A stretch of 64,000 nucleotides of DNA from Octopus vulgaris (GCA_951406725.2 OX597826.1:6758001-6822000), one strand, 5' to 3'. Positions 13,013 through 27,720 are shown, counted from the stretch's first letter. Program-made: numbers and translations. Notes: a model not told the origin generated them from the sequence alone.

Positions 13013-14104
13013 AAGATAGATAGACAGACAAACAGAGATGCATGTATAGATAAATAAATGGCTGCATGACAGAAAACTGCATATCAATATTCAATGTAGT
13101 CGGTTAGGAATATAAGAATGAGCAGCAAATAGTATCATCTATCGTTATTTATAAGATATAAATGAATATAACCCAAGCATTTTCCGACAATCAAATTGTT
13201 CAAGTAATTAAAGAACACATTGAGAAAACATATCAGTATGTATTTGGTGAATTAAACCCGATTAAGTTTCATGTTCACTTTCTCTTCAAGATAATATTTT
13301 AATTTATATGGTGTTAAATCTGTATGTAATTCATTAACTTCGTATATATTCTAATACAAATTACTTAAGTAATGTAGAAATACATTTAAATTTAACTAAT
13401 GCTTATTTGATTACTATTGCATACAAACATATACATATTTGTATGTTTTTGTATGTATATCATAACAAACGAATGTGTACGAAACGAAAAGACAAATAGA
13501 TATTTTAAAGTATTCTTTCACGTGAAGATAAAAATGTACAGCCTACAGAAGCTTCATTCAATATCTTAATTCTCGGGCGATTTAATAATCAATGGAGTTG
13601 ATTGCAAATCTCTTAGATTCACGCCTCTCAATATCAAATTAATTTCTAACTTTGAGTAGATTTCTAAACATTCTCAGACTCTTTTATATACAGCCTTTCT
13701 GTCCCGAAATAATGTTTTAAAAAATAAGATTGATGCCAAAACTGTTAGAGGTCCAATTGTGTGTATTATAGTTTTTAATACTTGTCTGAATTGATGATAG
13801 TCAAAGTGTCAGTTATTACATCATATGTCACTAATACGTTCAGGCCAATAAAACTAATTAAATTGCCAATTCGCTTGTCTTCTGTTATCACCTAAGAGAC
13901 ATCACTGATAATTCACTCATCGGCCACTCTGTTGTCTTATGTGAATATATCGTTTATCTTCATGAGTTTTGTCATGTTTAGATTGCAATCAGTTTCGCTG
14001 AACTATGTCGAACAACTAAATGTATTATTTTGAGATTGTTTATTCTCGATAAATATGGAAGAATACATCAACATATGTTACAAATAAATCACATTTGTTT
14101 GTTT

Positions 14105-14575
14105 GTGTGGTGAAGAAGTGGGCTTTATCTCGGGTTCACTCTCCCTACTCGGCAAATTTCGGCGTCTTCCACTATAGCAGTGGACCTATCAGCGCCATGT
14201 GGGTAAATTTTGTTGGTAAAAACTAAGTAGAAACCCGTCGTTATATCTATATAGGAGCCTGTGTGTGTGTGTGTGTGTTTCTGCGTCTGTGTCTATGTGT
14301 CCGTCTCTTTGTGTTTTTGCTTGTCATTTCCCACCGCTAGACTACAGGTTTTTGTTAGTTTACGTCCACAGAACCTAACGGTTTGTCAAAAATGATTTTT
14401 ACCAGTATTTCAAAGGAGCAACCTTGTCACATTCTGTGTCACGCTAAACCTCCCTCAGACCTACCTTAAAGGCACGCGTGTCTGTGAACTGCTCAACCAT
14501 TTTCCCGTCAATGTATTGAGTAAGCTGTTAGGTTGATCGGATCAACTGGAACCCTCGTTGTAGTTTCTGAGGAAG
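14105..14575 (+). mobile_element. Old composite SINE (family-A body joined to a family-D tail)
   Basis: Degenerate GGGTTCACTC..CACTATAGC..AGAAACCCGTCG body, then CCTTGTCACATTCTGTGTCACG..GTTGATCGGATCAACTGGAACCCTCG similar to 55650-55800. Confidence 0.65.
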
Positions 14576-15282
14576 GGCCCGATACTATTATTGGTGGATT
14601 GTTTACTTAATAATGTATAATGTATTCTTTTCTCTTTTGTTTTAAAGGCATAGCAATTAATAGATTTAGGCCGTGTTAGCATTGACGAGAAGGAATAAAT
14701 TGTAAGGTACAAATGGGCAACTGCGTGCTGTATTTCTCTTAAGGTCACTGGAGACGGCCTACTTAAAAATGAGAGACACACGTGCCGGGATGCAGTACAT
14801 CAGGTTACGACAAGATGGATACTATACAATAGCAGTAACACATTATGAAGATTGCTGTCCGGACTCTTTCGCTGAACAGGACTTCAACAGACCACCTAAT
14901 AAGATCCACATATCCAGGGATAACGTATGTCTTTTGAGCTTGCCATATTTTAACGGAAACACAAGTGCTGGGTGATCCGTAGAGAGAGATTGAGTATACG
15001 GACAATACACACCGGACCCTCAACATCGAAGTTCCTATTGAAAATCTGAAGTAGTACACGTCATATGCATGTTGCCCAACCGCACGAGAAACGAATAAAA
15101 CGTATGACAACTGTATTAAGAGGTGTATAGACTCACGTGTAGTAAGCATAATGATTTAATGCAACATATTAATTATTATTCGAATAGTTTTTGCTTTTAC
15201 AACAAATTAAAAATATACACAGACAGAGTTATATATATATATACATGTATGTATATATGGTGTTTGACCCTTCTGTCCGGCA

Positions 15283-15490
15283 CTAGTCGCCATGATAGGT
15301 CGTTAGCTACTACACACATTTTTTCTCTCCTTGTTTCTCTCCTTGTTTTTTTCTGTGTCTCTTTCTGTAGAAGAGAGTAGGCTCGAAACGTAAAATACTT
15401 TTTTCTATTCCTGAGCGTTATACTAATACATTTGTTTGTTTTGTACACCACCTGTCCTCGTCTTTTGTTTTTTCGTAAACTCTCCCTATA
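15283..15490 (+). mobile_element. HHR-bearing element, family H1
   Basis: Starts TAGTCGCCATGATA; 15361-15396 reads CTTT-CTGTAGA-A-GAGA-GTAG-GCTC-GAAA-CG-TA-AAAT; ends CTCTCCCTATATA. Confidence 0.75.
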
Positions 15491-16309
15491 TATGCATGTA
15501 TATGACTGTGTGCGTGCGTGCGGGTACATGTGTACATAAATCCTCTCACTTAAGGAGGGAATTTATTTCCTTATTTCCAGCGAATCGTCAGTGTCTCGTC
15601 AGTGCGGAGAATGCATACACCACAGAATCCGGAAAACCAGCCTTATAAGCTCATATCATGAGAAGGATTTCTAACCTCTCCCTCATAAGGGAACTATTTG
15701 ATTATTTTTATTTTGTTTAGAAGGGTTTCTCACAGGGGGGAATTACAGAACCTATGACATATATGAGAATATACAGAAATAAAAGGAGGAAGACAGAAAT
15801 GTATTTTTCAGACTGAGGACGTCACACCAGTGTTAACATCGAACGATCTTTCCTTATAAGCACTGAATAACCAGGTGGAGGTGGGGTTAAACCAGGTGAG
15901 AGATTACGTATGCCATCCAATTATATATATCGATCAGTGTGCTTTATGAAGCCAATTGAATTGTGGAACATCTGATCTTGAATAAAGTGATTTGAAAAAC
16001 AGTGAAATGAAGGAAAATAAAATCAATATGCAATTACAGCAAGTGAAAACTGTAACCAAGCGGTTAAATGCCATTTCCTGCAATAGTCTAACTTGTCTAA
16101 ATTTTGTAGCAACTATCAATGGTATCATAAATGTCATTTCATTATACATTTGCAAAAATATACTCTAAAAAGAGAAAACAGTCACTCTTGCTGTATTATT
16201 TTATTGATAAAATTATTTTTTCGTGTGTAATCATTTGTTGTTTAAATGAATAGAGATGATATATTTCGTGAGTCATTTTTTTCATTTTACCTCTATCTCT
16301 CTTTCTGTA

Positions 16310-16349
<40 letters not shown>

Positions 16350-16456
16350 CGTGTGTGTGTGTGTGTGTCAGTGTGTGGTTGAATATATATAAATACATAT
16401 TTACCCACACACTCACACAGACACTCACACACGCGCACACACACACACACACACAT

Positions 16457-16503
<47 letters not shown>

Positions 16504-17462
16504 TATGTGTGAGCGCGCGGATCTATGTGCATATGTACGGGTGTCTTTATGTTCGTATGGATGTATGGATATATTTGTCTTCATAATTTCCGTTTAGTAT
16601 AGCCTAATCGTACAATCAGTGAAGTCAAAAGGAAATGAAAATATTCACTTAAATTCTCATTGTACATAATATAAATATATGCGATATCTACACACATGTA
16701 CACACACACACTCACACATGTAAACTCTCATACACACACACACACACACACATATATATATGCATAAATATATAGATATGTATGTAGATATATATGTATA
16801 TGTGTCTACGTGTATATATATATATACATATATATGTAACATATGGTATAATCATATATATATACACCCACACCCGCATATGTATATGTGTGTATGTAAA
16901 GGAATTTTCATACGAGAAGATGGAATGAACAGTTTTTATTACAAATCACTGCAATCGTTTCGGCACATCGATATCAGCTTGTAATTGTATATACATATAT
17001 TATGCACATTATTACATTACTATGAGACAACAAACGCTGTATACGTGTACTCTTTCATGTAAGTAAGGCCCAGATCACTGCTAGGCCATCTTTACCTTCT
17101 CTTTATTTTACACCCACGCCGTTATACTGTTTATACCTAGGCTTTGTCACAATTGCTTTTAAAGTCATTAACAAAGATTTTGAAACCAAATATGTTTACT
17201 CGTACATACCATTATGCATATGTACTTAAACATTCATTTAACACTGATGAGCGTAGATACATATATCTATCTAAATATGTGCTCAAATGTTTCACTCTCA
17301 TGTATGTATATCTTCACATACTATTGACCTTATACGCCTCCACGTTTAACAAAACTTCGAATTAACACTTTTAAAATATATAAAACAATAGGGTAACCTT
17401 ATTAGTGCTATTCGTCCCGACCTACTTAGTACTATAGATCATGATATATCCATTCATGTATA

Positions 17463-18573
17463 CCATCCGGCATAGCCTAGGCCCAGCAAATAGGGACAAC
17501 CATAACAACGGAAGGCACAGCTAAATGATTATAATATAAGTAGATATAATACCGTTAACATTCATACTATAAGTAGCAACGGCATTGTTGTAAACATTAA
17601 TAATACTAACACTGAGAATAACTGCATTAGAACAATAAATATACAAATACTAACGATAACATGAACACCAACAATGCCACTAAGAAGAGAAATATATTAA
17701 TGAATGTAACAAGAATTACCATAACCTACTATGGTAATTCATGCTATATTCATTCTATATCCAGGTCTTCCAAGTATATATCTATCAGTAAGTCATGACA
17801 AAGCGATCTATCATATACATATTCTACTGTTAACCTAGTAACATTACACACGAGCAAATTCTTATGAAATTACTGAATTCATGTAAAAACATGGGTAGGT
17901 ATATTTTTGAGCAAATAAAATTTGATATAATATTATATATCACACGTGTCTTCGAGGTTCCAACAACGAAGTTTTAAGTCAGAGATTACATACTAGAACG
18001 ATTTCAGAGTTCTTGTTGATGATGATTTCATTGGAGTAAAAAGTTCGTGGTTTTTGAGTATGCATTTCGTATAAGTGAAAAAAATCTGTTCTGTATCTTT
18101 TTTCTATTAGAGATCCCATATAAAGTCCGCGAACGATGTGCATTGTATTTTTCAAATATTCCTTAATGATGCGATTCCTGAACTGTCGCTTGTCACCCAC
18201 ATATATACATATACGTGTGCACTCATTCTAACAATACGTTTGTATACACTGGTTTGCCAGACGGCATGTTTTACTATCACTACAATTACATTTTTGATAT
18301 TACTATTTACAATCAAGTTACTTCTTGTTACATTCATTAATATATTTCTCTTCTTAGTGGCATTGTTGGTGTTCATGTTATCGTTAGTATTTGTATATTT
18401 ATTGTTCTAATTGCAGTTATTCTCAGTGTTAATATTATTAATGGTTACAACAATGCCGTCGCTACTTATAGTATCAATGTTAACGATATTATATCTACTT
18501 ATATTATAATCATTTAGCTATGCCTTCCGTTGTTATGGTGGTCCCCATTTGCTGGGCCTAGGCTATCTCGGAT
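17463..18573. repeat. Long inverted repeat, arms about 250 bp, spacer about 600 bp
   Basis: 17463-17716 is the reverse complement of about 18320-18573, over 90% identical by eye. Confidence 0.92.
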
Positions 18574-19434
18574 GATATTTTTAGAATTTGTAATTCTCAG
18601 ATGCAGCTTTCTGAGTTTATAAATATGGTACACTGGGCTATTTGATGTTGCATAGGACAGTTTTACCTTATGCCAATTAACCAATTTTCTAATATCAACT
18701 GAATTTAGGGAAATAGCTAACGAGGAGAACATTTTCTAAGCAATTCTATATGATACATGTAATCCGAACACCGGATTATATCACAAAATAGGTTGTGAGT
18801 AAGTATTATCATGCTTTCTTTCCATCTTTGTTTCTTTTGTTTACGTTTTTCTTTATTCTCTTGCAATATGATTTTAAATTTAGGCCTTTCCATTCCGTGA
18901 TGATAACACTAATATTTCCATCTCCTACACGTTCAATAACGCATATATCTGTATAGGTTTTGTGTTGCTTTGTTTTCTGTCTTTTTTGTTACCTTCATTT
19001 ACGCATTTATAAACTATGCTATCGTTCGATGTATAATGATTTCGTTGTATTCTGCACTGGTTAATGCAGCATTCTAAGACTGCGTGGTAATTAAATGCAG
19101 AAAGCGTGGATATTCTACTTGGCACACTTGTGGATAATTCTAAATGTTATTGATATATCTAAGAAAAAAGGAGGATGAGGAAGAGGAGAAACTGGGGGAG
19201 AAAATAACAAGGTCAACAACAATAATATAATCGAATTTTGCCACAACGTGACTCACACTTTACTTTAATTTCTTCGACTGGATTAAAGTCGAAATTCACC
19301 TCGGAGGTATTTGAACTGAGAACGACAAGACCCGCAGAAGACCACGTTAACCATTTTGTCTGGACCTCGAACGATTAAACCCATCAACTCTTCTAACAAT
19401 GATTGTAGCCAGAAACAAACATCACCAGCACAAC

Positions 19435-19523
<89 letters not shown>

Positions 19524-19566
19524 CAACAGAAGCAGTAGTAGTAGTAGCAGTGGTAGTAGTAGTAGC

Positions 19567-19623
<57 letters not shown>

Positions 19624-19659
19624 TGGTTTAATAATAATAATAATAATAATAGTAATAAT

Positions 19660-19840
19660 AATGGTTCAAAATTTTGGCACAAGTCAGAGTATTTGGTGAA
19701 GAGGGTTAAGTCGAGTACATCCACTCTAGATGCTTAACCGGTGATTATTTCATAGGCCTCGAAAGGATGAACGGCAAAGAGAGAATTCAGCGCCATTTAA
19801 ATTCAGGACGCAAAGCCAGCAGAAACGCCGGTGTGCTAAG
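19660..19840 (-). mobile_element. Degenerate family-B SINE
   Basis: TCAAAATTTTGGCACAAG..GTTAAGTCGA..GAAAGGATGAACGGCAAAG. Confidence 0.65.
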
Positions 19841-20382
19841 AACTTAAGAAGAAAAAAACCAGTCTACCTCTTCTTAAGCTCGAGCATTAAATTTCAGCAC
19901 ACGCTATTCGTTTGGTATAGCATTTGAAGTCCAGCAGAGATTATTGTAAGTCCAACCAAATACTGTAATCGGCGTGAACGATGTTTTACAAATATTAATT
20001 AAATCTAAGCGAACAGAATATTTCCCTTGTCTGATTGTAACCTTTGGTTCAATTCTGTAATTCTATTGTTACTACAGGAGTTTAGTTATTATATTTTCAG
20101 ATTCAGTATCACAAATGAATACCTCTTCACTTCCGGTTTGTAAATCTAATTGTAAAGATATTGTGTAGGAAATATGATTATGGCTCAGTTTTCCTCGGAG
20201 AAAATAGATTAATTTGGCAATATATTTACAATATATTTACAAATGAATATTCCCAATAGGTTACTAAATATACGTATCGGTATCAGGAAGAAATAATATC
20301 GGATCAATGTTTTCTATTCTCTATCTACCACTAGATTCCCAATTATGGGAATAATTTGGAATATATGTATACATACATACAA

Positions 20383-20463
<81 letters not shown>

Positions 20464-20483
20464 CATACATACATACATACATG

Positions 20484-20525
<42 letters not shown>

Positions 20526-20840
20526 TGCATGTGTGTGTACGTATGTATACATATATATGTGTATATAGGTCAACATTTTCTATAATTTGAAAGGCAATTA
20601 ATTCATATACCTGTACACTATTTTTCTAGTCCCTGAGCAAACTGCTCGAAGATGCCTATGATCAATATATGCTAGCTGTAATTAGTATTTTTGTTTTCAG
20701 TTAAGGATATCTAGAAATACATAACAATGTGTAACACGATTTTTGCCCTTGAATACCAACTGCTATTTCCTATGTCGTTAAACCTAGAAAGTATGAATAA
20801 TGGTTAATATTTTCTTGAAAATTTGATATTTTAAAATATG

Positions 20841-21000
20841 TTCAACCCCAAAGAATCCCTCTCAACACATGATTATGATGCTCCACCACTACTCCTGTTC
20901 ATGATCAAACATACACATATTTTCAGCTAGAAAGGGACAAGCTAAAGTGGTTAACATCAAACAACTGACAAGCAAATCTGTCGTATTGAGCAGAATATTT
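20841..21000 (-). mobile_element. Fragment of the 560-bp (AAT)n-flanked element
   Basis: Reverse complement of about 45900-46060 (CCCCAAAGAATCCCTCTCAACACATG..AAACAACTGACAAGCAAATCT..ATTGAGCAGAATAT). Confidence 0.8.
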
Positions 21001-21764
21001 TTCATAACGATATTTCTGCTTCCGTATCTCTGCGCTAAATCTGTCTTAAAGGTAATGGAAAATGGGTCAGTTTGTAAATATTGATAACTAGGTCAGCTAT
21101 ACTAAGTTTGAAGGGAATAAGAGGGATTTCCTTTGATTTCTAGACAGAAGCAAATAAGAAAGAACACTTACTGACCAAAGAAAAAATACAAAGTGTAATC
21201 AAATAATATAAACCAGTCATCAAATTAAAGTGATATTCTATCGAGTAGTTACTTTTGACATCGCAGAAACTAGACTCAGTTCATATCTGGTACCAGCAAT
21301 CCGTTGCCACATCATAATCCTAAATTCTGGAACCAAATCAACATCGACTAATTCTCCGATTATGCTCTCTATATTGGTTACCCACAAATGAAAATGAAAT
21401 TTTGGAAATGTCGCAGCTTCCTCATATATAAATGGCCTTCAAGTGCGTCCTCTTTCCGCCCTAGGTATGGAAATTTCCTCCAAGACCTCGTTGTGTCTAG
21501 TAGCATTAATTCTAAGACGTTGTAGACACATTTGATTTGGTATGGTTTGGCATGACCTTCTTTGTGCCGCCCGCCTACCATGGAGTGGCATCATTTGATG
21601 GCTAAAACAATGCATAGCGCATTGTGACCAGCGATGCGTAACAGCATGTGATAGTTTGGTCGGTCACATTATCACGCGAGATATATACATACATAGAGAC
21701 GTTTGTGTGGCTAAAAGCATATAAATATACATAGATACATACACACCTCGTGTGTACCGTTGGC

Positions 21765-21934
21765 GATTTTTTTTCCTCTGTCTTCCCTTCTCTGGATCTT
21801 CCCTTCTCCTATGTTTCCGACGAAGAGCTCCGCTCAAAACGTTAAACCCTCCTTCTTTCCTTCTTTCCTGAGCGTCCAATAATACTACATATGTTCCACG
21901 TTTTCGCGTTGTTGTGTTTTTCTGTGCTTTGGAT

Positions 21935-21940
<6 letters not shown>
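21765..21940 (+). mobile_element. HHR-bearing element, family H2 (related to H1)
   Basis: 21813-21847 reads GTTT-CCGACGA-A-GAGC-TCC-GCTC-AAAA-CG-TT-AAAC, with G to A in GAAA. Shares downstream TTCCTGAGCG..TAATAC with H1 and ends in (TA)n. Confidence 0.7.
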
Positions 21941-21976
<36 letters not shown>

Positions 21977-22715
21977 TGAATGTATGTATGTATGTATGTA
22001 TGCATGCATGTATGTATGTATGTATGCATGTATGTATGTATGTATGTATGTATTTCAAGTGTTTTAACTTCAATCGTCAATATACACATCAGAAATTCTT
22101 GGAATTTTAACAGTCTACTTACGCTTTATTCTGAAGTAGAAGAATGTTCAGCATTATTTTCTGCCGACCCAAACTTTCGAGAGATATTGAGTAGAGGAAT
22201 GACAGCCACAGCGCATGTCCCAATAATTTCAATATAAAGGTTTATTACACATTGCCTTAGTGACAGTTAGCTTTCAATTGAGTTCTTGTGTGTTCATCAG
22301 CCATTGTCAGCGAGCTAAAAATTCAAGTGCTTGGATAGAGTAATGATAATTCTAGAAAGGTACGAATATTCATTTACTGGTTTCCTTTGTTAAACTACAT
22401 CTATAGACCTGTATAATTTCTCGTGAGAATATTCTAGTAATCATAAGTTACGCAGCATATTTCGCAATGCCAGCATTTTGATGAGATGGAAGCCAATGAA
22501 CAATTATAAAATACATAATCAATAATACCTTTCAATTTGATCTATACATGTATGTATTTGTTATGTATGTATGTATGTATATATGTATGTATGTATGTAG
22601 GTATGCATGTAGGTATGTATATAGATTAAGTTACCGTTTGGTAGCTACGAAGAGAAGTACGTAAATCTCTATGTATGATGTATGCATGTATGCACAACAA
22701 ATATATAAACGTACT

Positions 22716-22791
<76 letters not shown>

Positions 22792-22891
22792 ATACATAGA
22801 TACACGCACAAATAATTAGTATGCGCATTCATAACATGTATGCATAGGTATTTATATATTCGCATATGTATATGTACACAGCATCATTTGA

Positions 22892-22938
<47 letters not shown>

Positions 22939-23555
22939 ATTTAGGAATTTCTATCGTGTGGATGCGATGAAAACAACTAGGCACATACATGCACAAAAAC
23001 ACAGGCGCACATATTTCACTCACACAACACGTACATGTATCTATTTGTCTGTAAATTCTTATGAAGTCACGTATTAATTAAAATGTAAAGAGAAAATTAG
23101 GCTTAACATCTCAATCTACTTAAATTATAACGTTTATCTGGAAGCTGGTGCATTTGTATTGCGATTTATCGTTGTGTATATATATATGCATGTATGTATA
23201 TCTATATACATACATGCATGCGCATATACACATGCACGCACGCAGAGTCACACATACATATACAAAAACACGCACGCACACATATATATACTTGTATACA
23301 CCACTACGTTTGTGGAGGCAAAATATATTGAAAATGTCGAAAATGCACTATTTAAATAGCAGGTTCTCAATTCCTATGAAACAATGGAAAAGTTATGTCT
23401 TTTATATAAAGCTTTTGAATTCGTATCGAATAATTTGTGAAAATGCAATGTCCTTCAGCTCTCTACCGTGTGAATGCAACGAAAACAACTAGGCACATAC
23501 ATACACAACACTCACACACACACGCACATGTATGTGTATGTGTTTTCATATATGA

Positions 23556-23633
<78 letters not shown>

Positions 23634-23675
23634 CATATATATATGCATATATATATATATGTATATATATATATA

Positions 23676-23763
<88 letters not shown>

Positions 23764-24220
23764 ACACGTATATACTCACACGCACACATACATATATATC
23801 TGTGCGTGAGTGTGTCTGCATACATACCTATGAAAGCTTATTATAAGCTGAGACATTCTGGCTGTACGGTTGTGTGTCCTTATGCTTTTGTTAAATCTCT
23901 GTAATTTGATTGGTTTTCTGTAACATTAACCATAAATAAGCCGACGGGCGTTTAAATTCTTAACGTTGCCTCACATTCAATCAAGATCGCGTATATTCCC
24001 TAAAGGAGAAATGCGTTAGACATGGTTATCACTTAAGACACATAATTACGGTTACGTATTCACATAGACATGTTTTATACATATACACATGTATATATAT
24101 GCATACATATATAGAGAGACATACTTACATACAAACGTATGTATGTTTGTGGTAGTTTGTAATATTACAGATTTGTGTATTAGCGCATGAGATTCCGAAA
24201 TGTGTAACGTTTTATTCAGA

Positions 24221-24322
24221 ATATTTCTGGTAGACGCTTACGAAATATACATCTATGGAGGCATATATATATATATATATACCTCCATAGATGTATATTT
24301 CGTAAGCGTCTACCAGAAATAT
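24221..24322. repeat. Perfect 41-bp inverted repeat around (TA)n
   Basis: ATATTTCTGGTAGACGCTTACGAAATATACATCTATGGAGG, then CA(TA)9, then the exact reverse complement. Confidence 0.95.
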
Positions 24323-24378
24323 ATACAGAGAGAGAGTGAAGTGAGAGCGCTGTACGCGTGTGTGTATGTGTCTCTGTG

Positions 24379-24449
<71 letters not shown>

Positions 24450-24587
24450 GTGTATATTTATATTCTTATGCAAAATACGTGCGCGTGTTTCATTCAGTAA
24501 ATGATTTATGGAAATCACTACTATTGGACTGCAAATCTCTAGGTTCAATGTTTGACTAGTATTAGAATTGGACATATGTGCTTAGAT

Positions 24588-24890
24588 TTTTTCTTCCTTC
24601 TCGAGCTATGCCTGGCTCATTAGGGCCGGTTTCCCGGTTTCCTTGATGTATAGGTTCCCCACCTGGACTGGACCCGGCCCGTCGCAGGTGAGCTGCAAGA
24701 TGCACGAGGAAAGAGGGAGAGAAAGTTATGGTGAAAGAGTCAGCAGAAGTCCTCCATTACCTTCTGCCAGAGCTGCGGGGATCTTAGGTGTTTCGCTCAT
24801 AAACGCACACATCGCCTGGTCTGAGATTCGAACCCGCGATCCCTCGAACGCGAGTCCGCTGCTCTAACCACTAGGCCATGTGCCTCCACA
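24588..24890 (-). mobile_element. Family-C SINE with tRNA-Arg-like head
   Basis: Minus strand has A box TGGCCTAGTGG, CTCGCG anticodon-like loop and B box GGTTCGAATCT; homologous to 29564-29866. Confidence 0.85.
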
Positions 24891-25571
24891 TGCGTTTGGA
24901 TTATTTTACCTATATTCGTAATAAATAGATATTTATAACAAAATATTGTACAATCAGAGATAATGTTTCGAAAGATGATTAGGACACCTTTCCAAATTCT
25001 ACTCTGATGAATGGATGCATTGGGTCTAATTTACTAAACCAATTAGTTATCCAATTGAATCTAAAACAAATAATCAACTGAAACACATATGCCCTTACCC
25101 CACTCACGTATTTCATTTCGTTCTGAAATTAAAAATCTGTGCATTTCCTACTTAAATATTCACAAAACTATACCAACCCTGATGATGATATAATATAATA
25201 TATATATATACTGGACATTACAATTTTGCCATATTGCATTACTGCATCTAATATACTTCACTTAGATGTTCATGAATATTTCCTTTGTCTCCTGTTTCCT
25301 TGTTGTACTTTATATTTTAGATGCTATGTGATTATTCTTTGTACTGCCATTGCTACACAGAATTTTTCCTCTAATATTTAAGAACCGTCTAACATCAAGT
25401 TCATCAACAACACTTGTAATCTAAAAATATAGGACTTTGCTAATAACGCCATAGCAACTTTGCTCATAACGCTCATAACAACTTTGGTCATGACTCCTCA
25501 GTGGCGAAAATTGTATTCCAAGCCGAAGCAATATATTTTAACTCACTACGTTCTCACTGAAACTCAATAAT

Positions 25572-25801
25572 TTCTTTATTGCCCACAAGGGGCTAAACAC
25601 AGAGGGGACAAACGAAGGCAGACAAAGGGATTAAGTCGATTACATCGACTCTAGTGCGTAACTGGTACTTTATTTATCGACTCCGAAAGGATGAAAGGCA
25701 AAGTCGACCTCGGCGGAATTTGAACTCAGAACGTAATGGCAGACGAAATACGGCTACGCATTTCACCCGGTGTGCTAACGATTCTGCCAGCTCGCCGCCT
25801 T
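25572..25801 (-). mobile_element. Young full-length family-B SINE with 16-bp TSD
   Basis: TSD ACTGAAACTCAATAAT at 25556-25571 and 25802-25817; B box GAGTTCAAATTC; GCCTTTCATCCTTTCGG central domain. Confidence 0.93.
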
Positions 25802-26739
25802 ACTGAAACTCAATAATCAGGTTTCGTTATCACCTTTCCCTTTCGTTGGTGTTGTATTTAAATCGTCTATATTGATGGGTTGCGTGTATTTGGGGGGAAC
25901 TCACACACGCGCAGACGCACGGACGCTCACACTTAAACATACATATATCATGTGACGTACACAGTATAATGATATAAGCTACTAATAGTTACTTCCCTTA
26001 AGATGCCTGTCAAAGCAGATTTTATAATCGGTCTTATATCTCAAAGCAATCTTTGGTCTCCGAGGACATGGTCTGTTCTATTTTTAAAAAGGGTCGATTG
26101 AACTATCATACAACTCCTGCCTCAGTATGAAGAACATTATTTTATTCTCCTTATATCCTGTGAGAAAATGTCATTATTATGCCCTAAGATTAGATTGTTG
26201 ACTAACTAAATGCAACACATCCAGCGGCAGACTGATTTTGTGCGTGTGTAGTTTTTGGTGAATGAAATTTGTTGAAGTTTATTCAGTTATGGTTTATATA
26301 TATGAATGAATCTATTTTCTTTGTTTATTCGTATTGGATCTATGGTATTGACTGGTCATGAGTAAAGGAGAAAGTCTCGGACTTTGGTGACTTAATTTTC
26401 GCTTATATATCTATGTATCAACTCAATGAGATCCGTCTGGTACTAGGTCCTCGAATTTGTTGGCGATGAATACGTACCCTATTTCTGCGTGAAAGATTTG
26501 TTTCATCTATATAATACTCGTTACATCCTTTACATTTAACAGCATGTATTAAAATGTTTTAAAGAGCAGGTAAAATGAGTTGTTGTTTTTTTTGTCAAAA
26601 TTCTCTGACAAACTTATACGTTTGTCTTCAATGAGGTTAATGAAACTCCTTAAATATTAGGAGTAAACTGAACGGATTTTATGTTTGGTTACACGATATA
26701 GAAATCCCTGTGGATAAAACGGAATAGATGTAGTCACCT

Positions 26740-26756
26740 CTTCTTCTTCTTCTTAC

Positions 26757-26822
<66 letters not shown>

Positions 26823-26855
26823 CATAATGATTATTATAAATTGTAGAAGTAGTAA

Positions 26856-26908
<53 letters not shown>

Positions 26909-27688
26909 TCTTCCTCCACTTGTTGTTCTACTACTACGTCTACTTCTACTGCTACTACTACTAGTACTACTACTACTACTACTCCTACTACTATTACTAC
27001 TGTTACTACTACTAGTACTACTACTACTACTATTCCTACTACTATTACTACTGCTCCTACTACTGCTGTTGCTGATGTTTCTACTTTATCTTCTTCTCTC
27101 TGCTTGTTCCGCTATTCGTTCTGTCGTATTTCTTTCTTTTCCTTCTCTTTCCTCTTCATTTTCTTCGACGACGATGACAACGATGACGACGATGACGACG
27201 ACACTCACGGCGACGGCAACTACGATACAACGACCACGGTGATGCCGATCATGGCGATCACGATGACGAATATGATGACGATGATTAGAAAGAAGAGTTC
27301 AGTTAGAAACAAGGAATGGCATCCGAAGACAGAAGCATCTTCTACATAGACACCAGCTAAAGTGCCACTATTTTGGCTATGAATGGGCTGTCAACAACAC
27401 AAATAATACTACGGTACAACTTCCCATAATTAGCTCAGACATTCTTTACATAGCAAGATGCCTTCATCCTTCGGAAAATTCCTTTGTCTCGATTCTATAT
27501 TATGGAAACATTTGTTCTATGCTACATGGATTCTTTATCGGCTCTGATCATTTTTGCTTCTTTCTTTTTTTACTTCTTAGTTGTTGATTGTTGTTGTTGT
27601 TGTTGCTGTTGTTGTTGTTGCTGTTCTTCTTCTTCTTCTTCTTCTTCTTCTTCTTCTTCTTCTTCTTCTTCTTCTTCTTCTACTACTA

Positions 27689-27720
<32 letters not shown>

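Noticed and set aside
14648-15060. GC-richer block after a strong acceptor-like tract
   Set aside because: No long open frame or recognisable motif; possibly an ancient TE remnant but not assignable.
15810-15852. CTGAGGA..stem..GAAC, HHR-like
   Set aside because: Both core strands are incomplete and stem I does not pair convincingly.
24820-24890. tRNA-Arg-like sequence (also 29790-29866, 55515-55580, 60885-60960)
   Set aside because: These are SINE heads with no proper acceptor stem, continuous with SINE bodies and in some cases TSDs.
25003-25062. CTGATGA followed by a weak TGGAT/ATCCA stem
   Set aside because: No GAAA-stem III-UH in the correct register.
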